IMG/VR virus record: IMGVR_UViG_3300038675_000440
Location: 1-26,437 of that record
Source: a virus
Taxonomy: Duplodnaviria > Caudoviricetes
Reading direction: 5' to 3' (one strand)
DNA: 26,437 nt
Positions 1 through 6,810 of this stretch are shown one piece after another. Under the pieces are notes generated by a model that ran no database searches, was not told where the DNA came from, and worked only from the letters and a program-made list of their open reading frames with translations. Position numbers and translations under genes: made by a program. Each line of letters begins with the position of its first letter. The stretch's first letter is position 1.

Positions 1-18
1 CCATTATGTCGCCCACTT

Positions 19-174
19 TTATTTTTGTTTTTTTGCCTGGGTCAAAGGCGTATAGTGCTGGCATTTATCCCTTTCGTAAGGCGCTGCCTCTTTCATTTTT
101 AAATAATACTCGTCAAAATCGTTGCCAATCCATGCGTATAACAACTTTTCAAAAATGCGTTTTAGTAGTTTCAT
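19..174 (-). CDS. small hypothetical protein (~51 aa)
   Basis: ORF track 19..201; the ATG at 174 (MKLLKRIF) overlaps the stop of the upstream gene (ATGA), so it is the more likely start. Confidence 0.6.
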   Translation of the reverse strand: MKLLKRIFEKLLYAWIGNDFDEYYLKMKEAAPYERDKCQHYTPLTQAKKQK

Positions 175-1205
175 AATTTTTGTGTTTCCCCGTGCAACCA
201 AATTGCCAATTGTTTAAGCCTGCGCTCGGTTTCATTAACTAACTTTTGGGCTTCATTGCTTTTTACCGCTGGCAATTTAACAACCTCAATGTCGGCTGCT
301 AGTTGGTATAGCTTGTTTGCATCTGGTAATAACATTGCTTCGCGTTCCGCTTTTTCTTTTGCTTTTTGTTCTGCCTCCACCCTTGCTTTGGCATCAGCTT
401 CCTTTTTTGCTTGCGCTTCCTGCTGCTCGCGTAATTTTTGCTCGGCGGCCTCTTTTTCCTTGGCTAGCTTTAGGTTTTCTTGCCTAATGCGCTCCTGTTC
501 ATCATCATGCTTTTTTTTGTTTTTCTTACCACTGGCAAGCGCAACGCTGTAGGCTTCTGCCGTGGTTTCAAGTGTTAGCTCAAAATCAAAACTTATAAAA
601 TCTGTGTACGGCGCTAGTTCAACGCGGCGCTCGTTATATATTTTTTCTTTGCGCTGGTTTTCCAAACGCTCCGCCTCTGCTTTTTTTTCAGCCGCAATAC
701 GTGCCTCGTGGGCTTCTTTACTATTTTTTAACAAATTATCAAACGCAACGTCACTCATGCCTTTAAGTTCGTAAACACTAACGTCCTCAACATAAGGCGT
801 AAGGTCATTAAGCCGTTTTTGGTGCCTTTCAGCAAGCCGTTTTTCCTCAAGTAGCTCGGCATATTTTTCCTGTGCCTGTAAATGCTCCTCAACCGGCACA
901 ATTAGTGCTTTAATAATATTGGCCGCACCATCAATAGCGCGCCCCTCGCGTAGGCTTTGCTCTTTTAATTCTTTGCGGGTTTTTTCAATACTAACCCTAA
1001 TGTCTTTTAGCTTTAAACGCTCTGTGCGGGCTAACTGCATTGTGTCGGTGTCATCAGCGCTAGTAACTTTAATTTCGCGTGCAGCTGTAACAATCTGTTT
1101 TGCTTCCTGAAATGCCGGTGCAAAAGTTTCCATTAGGGTTTGTACTTTTGGTTTTGGCAAATTGCTTTGCTCAACAATTTGTACTAATTGGTTTTGGTCT
1201 GTCAT
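171..1205 (-). CDS. coiled-coil phage protein of the recombination module (DUF1351-like)
   Basis: 344 aa, E/K/A-rich helical; ARTERLKLKDIRVSIEKTRKELKE...IDG segment typical of proteins next to phage SSAP/exonuclease genes. Confidence 0.65.
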   Translation of the reverse strand: MTDQNQLVQIVEQSNLPKPKVQTLMETFAPAFQEAKQIVTAAREIKVTSADDTDTMQLARTERLKLKDIRVSIEKTRKELKEQSLREGRAIDGAANIIKALIVPVEEHLQAQEKYAELLEEKRLAERHQKRLNDLTPYVEDVSVYELKGMSDVAFDNLLKNSKEAHEARIAAEKKAEAERLENQRKEKIYNERRVELAPYTDFISFDFELTLETTAEAYSVALASGKKNKKKHDDEQERIRQENLKLAKEKEAAEQKLREQQEAQAKKEADAKARVEAEQKAKEKAEREAMLLPDANKLYQLAADIEVVKLPAVKSNEAQKLVNETERRLKQLAIWLHGETQKL

Positions 1206-1351
1206 TTTAATTTTCCCTTAATATTATTTAATAAATCAATTAAAAAGTTTTCATAACTCCCATGTATTCTACCTATTACAGTTCCAATAAATCCCCAAAT
1301 TAAATAACACAAAATTATAATTATGCCTTCAATGTAAGTTAATGTAATCAT
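1202..1351 (-). CDS. small single-TM membrane protein (49 aa), not in ORF track
   Basis: Hand translation MITLTYIEGIIIILCYLIWGFIGTVIGRIHGSYENFLIDLLNNIKGKLK; ATGA overlaps at both ends exactly fill the gap between neighbours. Confidence 0.7.
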   Translation of the reverse strand: MITLTYIEGIIIILCYLIWGFIGTVIGRIHGSYENFLIDLLNNIKGKLK

Positions 1352-1935
1352 TTTACAGCCTCCAAAATAGTTTTTATTTGTGCCACACCCTGCTGTGCCC
1401 CAGCTTTAATTTTTGCAATTTTAACCTCATCACGCATTACCCGCTCAATTAAAAGCGGCTTTGGGAAGTCTGGCGCATATAGTACGTAGTCAACCCACTC
1501 GCGCTCTGTTACCCACATTTGCATTTGCATTTACCAAACGTATTTAGTGTCTATTTTTTTGGTGTGCATGGCCTTTAAAAACACAATATCGCTTGGGCAT
1601 TTAAACTCAACCAAGCCGTCATCACCCACTAGGCCGTCAGGGCTAGCACCGGTGTATTGGTCAAGCTCAACAAACCCAACTTCCTTTACCACATTGCCGG
1701 TTTCAAGTTCATAGCTATTGCGTGCTAGCGGTTCTAATTCATTGCCGCGTTTAATGTGCTCGTTTTCAAACTGCTCTGGCAACTTGTGCGTTAGCAGCTC
1801 TGCAACTTTTTCGTATACCAGTGTTTCCAAACCTTTGCCATTACTTGCTATGGCCTGGGCACTACTTGCTGTTAATTTACCAAGGCGTAGCTTTAGCCAC
1901 TCGTCAGTACCTTGTTTTATGTTATGCAGCTTCAT
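1348..1935 (-). pseudogene. YqaJ/lambda-exonuclease family recombinase exonuclease interrupted by an in-frame TAA
   Basis: QGTDEWLKLRLGKLTAS, RGNELEP, GASPDGLV, VEFKCP motifs; ORFs 1531..1953 and 1348..1530 are in the same frame, separated by a TAA (1531-1533) where the W-Q-MQ.QM motif needs Gln. Confidence 0.85.
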
Positions 1936-2512
1936 TGGTTTCCTCCAGCTCATTTTTGCGCTTGGTGTAGTAGGCTACTAGCGGTTTTTGGTATTCGGCA
2001 CCAAGCTCCGTTTTAAGCTCAGCGCACACGGCCACTAATTCCTCGTGTGTTTTTGCCCCATCAATTTTGCCCTGGCTAATTGGGTCTAGCTCTGTGGTGT
2101 CAGCTGGTTCCTGTGCATCAACGCTGTCGCCCTCGCTAATTTCGTACGCCTCCATATAAACATAACGGCGCATGTAGGTGTGCTTACCACCCAAGTTTTG
2201 TATTGCCTGGCCACCCTGTATGCTAGCTTCTGCCGTTGGCGTTTTCCAAACCATACAATCATCGGGGTTGTCGCTATTCATTACTTTTAAAATAGCAACT
2301 TCCTGCTCACCCTTTTTGGGGTAAATGTTAAAAAACGTGGTAATGCCGTTTTCAAAATTAAGCCTATTAACCGCCGGCATAAAGTCGCCTAGCTGGTAAT
2401 ATTTGGCTTTGGTGTGTTTATTTTCGCCCGTTTTTTTAAGCTCAAGTGTGCCTAATTCGTTGCGCACCTTGCTCATGCGTTGGTGTATGTTAAGTGTTTT
2501 TTCTGCTGGCAT
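1922..2512 (-). CDS. erf: ERF-family single-strand annealing protein
   Basis: KKTGENKHTKAKYYQLGD and Q.LGG.HTYMRRY motifs; adjacent to the exonuclease. Confidence 0.85.
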   Translation of the reverse strand: MPAEKTLNIHQRMSKVRNELGTLELKKTGENKHTKAKYYQLGDFMPAVNRLNFENGITTFFNIYPKKGEQEVAILKVMNSDNPDDCMVWKTPTAEASIQGGQAIQNLGGKHTYMRRYVYMEAYEISEGDSVDAQEPADTTELDPISQGKIDGAKTHEELVAVCAELKTELGAEYQKPLVAYYTKRKNELEETNEAA

Positions 2513-2540
2513 GCTTTCCTTTTTTTATTATTACTTAGTA

Positions 2541-2569
2541 AGTGTATACCGTTTTTAAACGGTTAGCAA
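2541..2569 (-). promoter_or_regulatory. sigma70-type promoter TTGCTA-N17-TACACT with palindromic operator ACCGTTTTTAAACGGT (2548-2563) in the spacer
   Basis: Read directly; the same operator and geometry recur at 3196-3224. Confidence 0.75.
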
Positions 2570-2760
2570 TCCTCAATTACTATCTCGTTTATTATCTCAT
2601 TTGCGGCCACAACTACCTCGCTAAGCTGGGCAATGGTGCCAGTAAATAAAACCGTGCCGTCTTTTTCTTGTATTGTGCAATCCCTAATGGTGCCGTCAGG
2701 TGCGTAGTCAATACTTATGTAGTTGTTTTTTAATTTAAACTCTGCGCTAGTTTTTTGCAT
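2563..2760 (-). CDS. hypothetical protein (65 aa)
   Basis: ORF track; overlaps the upstream gene; AGG-type SD. Confidence 0.65.
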   Translation of the reverse strand: MQKTSAEFKLKNNYISIDYAPDGTIRDCTIQEKDGTVLFTGTIAQLSEVVVAANEIINEIVIEDC

Positions 2761-2980
2761 TGCGCCTTTCCGCTATATAGCTAGCTATGCTTTCAAAACC
2801 AAGTACGTCCAAGCATTCCATTGGGTCGCTTAATATTGCCTCAAACTCTGGTAATATGGTTGTTTCGTAGTGTGTTGGGTCTGGTGGTTTAAAGCCGTTG
2901 TTTTGCGTTTCAAAATATACAACGCCGGTATTTTCCCAATGGTCAATTACTTCATTTTGTAGGTTGGTTAAATCTAACAT
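2747..2980 (-). CDS. hypothetical protein (77 aa)
   Basis: ORF track; GGAGG SD 4 nt before ATG. Confidence 0.75.
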   Translation of the reverse strand: MLDLTNLQNEVIDHWENTGVVYFETQNNGFKPPDPTHYETTILPEFEAILSDPMECLDVLGFESIASYIAERRNAKN

Positions 2981-3189
2981 AGTGCCTCCGCTACAACTTT
3001 TGTATCTACCTTGTCAGCCTCAGCCCAGCCAACTATGCTGCCAAAATCGCCCTGGCCGTCAATATAGCCGTTAATAATTACCTTTACTGCATTAGCTGGC
3101 TCAATGCCGCGCTTGGTAAGGTCTTTAAATTGCATTTGTGCAAATAGGTCTGTTTCAAAATTGTTTATAGCTTTTTTTGTTGCTTGCAT
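2974..3189 (-). CDS. hypothetical protein (71 aa), probably leaderless
   Basis: ORF track; ATG lies 6 nt downstream of a TATACT -10 box. Confidence 0.7.
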   Translation of the reverse strand: MQATKKAINNFETDLFAQMQFKDLTKRGIEPANAVKVIINGYIDGQGDFGSIVGWAEADKVDTKVVAEALC

Positions 3190-3195
3190 AATACG

Positions 3196-3224
3196 AGTAT
3201 AAACCGTTTATAAACGGTATGCAA
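3196..3224 (-). promoter_or_regulatory. sigma70-type promoter TTGCAT-N17-TATACT with perfect 16-bp palindrome ACCGTTTATAAACGGT (3203-3218) in the spacer
   Basis: Read directly from the sequence. Confidence 0.8.
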
Positions 3225-3244
3225 GAGGAAGTTACCAGGGGTGG

Positions 3245-3463
3245 TTAAAAAAGGGTGTTTTGGTTTTGTGGTTTGTATATACGCTGGCCGCGTCTATTTT
3301 TGCTTTTAAGTTTGCCCGTTGTTTTTGGTATATCTAAGCCACTGATAAAGGGCAGGCACCGCCAGCCGTGTTTTTCACATAGCCCAAGCAGGTGTTTTGT
3401 GCCGTTTTTATATTTTTGGTAACAAAGCTCTAAACAAACTGAGTTACATTTATTACATTTCAT
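3245..3463 (-). CDS. small basic zinc-finger protein (72 aa)
   Basis: CNKC...KNGTKH...CEKH metal-binding pattern; K/R-rich tail. Confidence 0.7.
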   Translation of the reverse strand: MKCNKCNSVCLELCYQKYKNGTKHLLGLCEKHGWRCLPFISGLDIPKTTGKLKSKNRRGQRIYKPQNQNTLF

Positions 3464-3468
3464 AATTA

Positions 3469-3845
3469 GGTTATTCCGTCAACCAAAGCCTAAGCCTAGA
3501 AGCTACACTACTCTGAGCCTGGTAGTGATTTTTAAACGAGGCACAACAAAACACTCGGGTGTTAACTTGCGAGTTTGTAATCTTTGGTATTCCAGAATGT
3601 TAATGTGCTTATTACTAGTAATCGAGGTGGGGCTATTCCGTATAACCGTCGCCGTCGCCTTTTCGCTCCGCGCTTTCTTAACAGGTTCTTATATTGCGGT
3701 TGCCTGTGGGTATCGCGGTACCCTACTCTCCGCCCCAGGTATTAGCTGGGCGGGAGTGTCGTAGCCTAAGCCAAGACACCCTCGCTCAACGAACACCAAC
3801 AAGCGCGCCCCACAGCACAAACGCCATGAAGCTGCCGGCAACTAA
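3469..3845 (-). ncRNA. candidate structured non-coding RNA or cis-element
   Basis: Dense hairpins (3469-3484, 3506-3527, 3631-3647, 3708-3723, 3728-3755, 3756-3779), repeated motifs, no convincing ORF; no known family recognised. Confidence 0.45.
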
Positions 3846-3848
3846 TAT

Positions 3849-3896
3849 AAAAAAAACACTCCGTATGCCCTTGTGGGGAAACCGAGTGCTTTTTTT
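3849..3896 (-). terminator. intrinsic terminator/attenuator hairpin, possibly bidirectional
   Basis: Minus strand A7-GCACTC...GAGTGT-T run; the G.U pair favours the minus strand. Confidence 0.7.
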
Positions 3897-3929
3897 AACA
3901 CATGTATTTTGAAGTAGTAAGTCTATCAT

Positions 3930-3987
3930 AAAAAAAACCCTTTGGGGTAGTGCTGTGCTGTATGCCACAACAGCACCCCAAAAGGTT
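3930..3987 (-). terminator. intrinsic terminator/attenuator hairpin
   Basis: Minus strand AACCTTTTGGGGT-GCTGT...ACAGCAC-T-ACCCCAAAGGGTT followed by a T run. Confidence 0.8.
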
Positions 3988-4073
3988 CCGTGCATACAGT
4001 TTATCAAACCCCGCTAGTATTTACACTAGCAATTACAGTAAAGCAATTTTTAATAGTAATTGCAAGGAGCAGT

Positions 4074-4562
4074 TTAATGCAACTTGTCAGCCAACATCAT
4101 GTAGGCAAACAAAAAAGCGGCCTCGCCGCCTAGTAAATTGTATTGCTCTTTGCTTAGCGCTTGGCTTTGGGCAAATGTAAAACCATTACGGCTAATCATA
4201 AGCGGGTATTTTATGTCATTGCGCCACACTTTAAAAAAAGCTGCCTGCATCATATCAATGCCAAGCTCGTTGCATTCAGCATAGGTATTGGCAATATCGG
4301 CCTCAATGTCAGCCGGTGGCTGGTTGTCGGTAAAATCACAAATGCGCAGGTAAAGGTAACACTTGTCGCCCGCTTCGCTAGCAAAACTGTAGGGGTCATC
4401 GCCTAGCATGCACAGCTCTTTGGCTTCCTCGTATTCTGCGTGCTCTACCCAATACATTTGTGTTAACTTTGGCAAGTCATCGTCTTTAGTCCAGCTAGTA
4501 CGGAACTCGTTTTGTTCAACAACCTTTTGGCGTATGCCGGTGAGCAGCTCGGCAAGTGGCAT
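4074..4562 (-). CDS. MazG-like all-alpha NTP pyrophosphohydrolase
   Basis: EHAEYEE...EAGD..YL...LGIDM..A...K...N..KYP pattern of the MazG-like/DCTPP1 (RS21-C6) group. Confidence 0.65.
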   Translation of the reverse strand: MPLAELLTGIRQKVVEQNEFRTSWTKDDDLPKLTQMYWVEHAEYEEAKELCMLGDDPYSFASEAGDKCYLYLRICDFTDNQPPADIEADIANTYAECNELGIDMMQAAFFKVWRNDIKYPLMISRNGFTFAQSQALSKEQYNLLGGEAAFLFAYMMLADKLH

Positions 4563-4837
4563 TATTTAAGTTTTTCCAATGCCTTTAGGTTAAGTGGGCT
4601 ATCAATGCCGCTTTTGTAAATGTATTTTTCAACGCCGCGGGCAATGGCTGTGCGCAAGTTAATAATAGTGTCAGCCACTAAAACAGCTAGCGCAACATTC
4701 CACTCAATTAAAAACGTGCCCAACTCTTTGTTAATGCCGGCCACAACAATGCCCAACACAACAACAAGCGTTAAAATCTCAGCAATAATAAAGGTGCGCA
4801 ACCCCTCTTGTAATGCGCTTATAGCTTCTTTTTGCAT
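4562..4837 (-). CDS. holin-like membrane protein (2 TM)
   Basis: 91 aa, two hydrophobic segments, charged C-terminus, directly after the endolysin. Confidence 0.6.
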   Translation of the reverse strand: MQKEAISALQEGLRTFIIAEILTLVVVLGIVVAGINKELGTFLIEWNVALAVLVADTIINLRTAIARGVEKYIYKSGIDSPLNLKALEKLK

Positions 4838-4840
4838 GCG

Positions 4841-5794
4841 TTACTCCTTTACGCTATGGTTAAGTTTATACTTTTTACCGTCAGCCTCCCATTCAATGAC
4901 CAAGCCGTTAGCCTTTAGGTTATCGGCTGCTGGCAGTGTTGCCGGCGGAGTGTTAATAGGGGTGCTGTCATTATTTGATTGCTGCATAAGTCTTTTTAAC
5001 TCACTAACTAAACCCGTAACTCTATTTATTTCATTTGGCAGACTAAGCTCGCGACTGATATTTTGTATGGTAGCCAACTTTTCAGCTGTGCGTCCGTCAG
5101 AAACACGTTTTTCGCATTCTTGACTTAACTCTTTAAGCGCTGTGTCATGGGCTGTTTGGTCAACAAACTCACCGTTTTGTAGACGTACCAACACATCTAC
5201 GGCAACTTTCATGCTTTCAGCATTTTCTAAATCATAGCCTTTATACATATTTGGCATTGTGCCTCCGTCCTGCTGGTCGGCCAGCTGTGTAACCCATTGT
5301 ACTGCATATTGTTCAACACCTGCAAATGATAATGGCGGGTTGGTATCGCGTGGGTAGCGTGGGTCTAAAAAGCCCCAATTCCACTGCTTGGCGCGGTATT
5401 TATTACTACCACTTTCATTTAGAATAACAAAATTAAAATGCACGTGTTCACCAGTTACGTTCCCACTGCCACCCATTTCGCCCAAAACATAGCCGGCTTT
5501 AACCTGCTGGCCACTGGTTACACCAATATTGTCAAAGTGGCATAGGTAAACAGCACAGCCCTGGTTATAGTCCTCAATCACAACGTAGTCGCCATAGTTA
5601 ACGTCCTTGCCAACAAACGCGGTGCCAGCAATTGGGCTACGTGCTTTTTTAAGTTTATCCCCGTGGCCAAAGTCAACACCCTCATGGCCGTGTATTAAAT
5701 TAAATTGCGCGTAATAGCTTTTGCGTGCGCCGTAGTTTTGGGTAACGTAGTAACCATCAAGTAAAAAAGTGTCTAATAATTTAAAGGTTTTCAT
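4841..5794 (-). CDS. endolysin, peptidase M23 domain plus C-terminal helical domain
   Basis: HEGVDFG (HxxxD), YGDYVVI, YLCH, GEMGGSGNVTGEHVHF (HxH) motifs of M23. Confidence 0.9.
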   Translation of the reverse strand: MKTFKLLDTFLLDGYYVTQNYGARKSYYAQFNLIHGHEGVDFGHGDKLKKARSPIAGTAFVGKDVNYGDYVVIEDYNQGCAVYLCHFDNIGVTSGQQVKAGYVLGEMGGSGNVTGEHVHFNFVILNESGSNKYRAKQWNWGFLDPRYPRDTNPPLSFAGVEQYAVQWVTQLADQQDGGTMPNMYKGYDLENAESMKVAVDVLVRLQNGEFVDQTAHDTALKELSQECEKRVSDGRTAEKLATIQNISRELSLPNEINRVTGLVSELKRLMQQSNNDSTPINTPPATLPAADNLKANGLVIEWEADGKKYKLNHSVKE

Positions 5795-6081
5795 TTACGC
5801 AGGTTATTGTTTATAAAATATAAAATTAAAGCCCAGCCAATTGGTAAAAATGCAATGCGGTAGTCAAGCAGCGGGAAGCCAAAATTGCTTAGGTCAATGG
5901 CAATTTTAACAACTATAAACCAGCTAATTAAAACACCAAGCATGCCCAGGGTTATGGCGGTAACAAACGGTGCTGCGGTTGATTTTTGATTGCGTGCAAT
6001 GCGTAGCAATACATATAGCTGCCAGTTAACTAACAACAAGCCAACAATCGAGGGTAGGTAGAGCAGGATAATATTAAGCAC
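5791..6081 (-). CDS. membrane protein (3 TM) in the lysis cluster
   Basis: GTG start, 96 aa, three hydrophobic helices; coupled to neighbours. Confidence 0.75.
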   Translation of the reverse strand: MLNIILLYLPSIVGLLLVNWQLYVLLRIARNQKSTAAPFVTAITLGMLGVLISWFIVVKIAIDLSNFGFPLLDYRIAFLPIGWALILYFINNNLRK

Positions 6082-6238
6082 GTTTTGCCTTTCTTAATAC
6101 CAGTATGTCCTCAAGTGCCTCAAGCCTAATAATTAACCTGTCAGCCTTGCACAATGCCTGGTCATATTTGTCACTAGCAACCTGGTCGGTTTTTTTTTGC
6201 ATGTCTATATTGAGCAGTTGTCTGAGGATTTTAAGCAT
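6074..6238 (-). CDS. small helical protein (54 aa), not in ORF track
   Basis: Hand translation MLKILRQLLNIDMQKKTDQVASDKYDQALCKADRLIIRLEALEDILVLRKAKRA; 8-bp overlaps with both neighbours. Confidence 0.7.
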   Translation of the reverse strand: MLKILRQLLNIDMQKKTDQVASDKYDQALCKADRLIIRLEALEDILVLRKAKRA

Positions 6239-6434
6239 TTTTGCCCCCGTTCTGCTTTACAAGGTCTGTTAATTTTTCGGCTATTCTAAAAACCCGTTCG
6301 GCTAATTCTAGCTTTTCTTTATTAAGCTCGCCAACGCGCTGGTCTTTTTTATAGTACCCCACGCCGACAACAATTAGCAAAACGCCCAAAAGGCCTTGTT
6401 CAGCTATGGTTTGTAGCCATGTATCAATAGACAT
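6231..6434 (-). CDS. BhlA/UviB-like holin (single N-terminal TM plus coiled coil)
   Basis: IAEQGLLGVLLIVVGVGYYKK then amphipathic helix; heads the lysis cluster. Confidence 0.65.
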   Translation of the reverse strand: MSIDTWLQTIAEQGLLGVLLIVVGVGYYKKDQRVGELNKEKLELAERVFRIAEKLTDLVKQNGGKNA

Positions 6435-6440
6435 AGTTTA

Positions 6441-6449
6441 ACTATATCA
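6441..6449 (-). promoter_or_regulatory. extended -10 promoter TGATATAGT, leaderless start of the lysis cluster
   Basis: TGn-TATAGT 6 nt upstream of ATG 6434; identical 9-mer at 25771-25779. Confidence 0.6.
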
Positions 6450-6486
6450 TGTAAGAGCTGTGTTATAAAAGTGTGATAAACCCAAT

Positions 6487-6735
6487 TTACCCCTGTTTTT
6501 CACCGGTTGCTTGCAACTGTTGTGCTGGCTCATCGTCTTTAATAACAACCTGTATATCAAACTGTGGCTCATGTTTTTTTACTATTGCCACCGCTAACTC
6601 CAACTCTATTGGTAGTTTGTTGTAAACTGGGAAACTTAGGCTTGGGAGTAGTTCGGCGGAGTTCTTCTGTAGAAATTCGCTTAGGTCTGCGGCCACGGCC
6701 TCTTCCCTTTTTTGTTTCTTTGATTGTTCTGGCAT
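6487..6735 (-). CDS. hypothetical protein (82 aa)
   Basis: Strong AAGGAGG SD before ATG. Confidence 0.75.
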   Translation of the reverse strand: MPEQSKKQKREEAVAADLSEFLQKNSAELLPSLSFPVYNKLPIELELAVAIVKKHEPQFDIQVVIKDDEPAQQLQATGEKQG

Positions 6736-6810
6736 TAGCAGCCTCCTTTTTTGGTGCTTTTAATAAAGCATCTTTTTTACTTTTTAATAAATCAACGCTG
6801 GTATTTTGTT

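Noticed and set aside
1531-1533. Stop-codon reassignment (TAA to Gln) as the explanation for the split exonuclease
   Set aside because: TAA, TAG and TGA all terminate well-defined genes here, and no other gene is fragmented
3469-3995. CsrA/RsmA sponge RNA (several ACGGA motifs, two in hairpin loops)
   Set aside because: Only about four ACGGA copies, stems differ from the usual Csr/Rsm pattern, and there is no evidence the host has CsrA; kept only as part of the structured-element finding
3786-4007. 73-aa minus-strand ORF (or a shorter version from MIDLLLQ) through the terminators
   Set aside because: TTG start without SD and it runs through two terminator hairpins; a leader or Icd/Kil-like peptide is conceivable but unsupported
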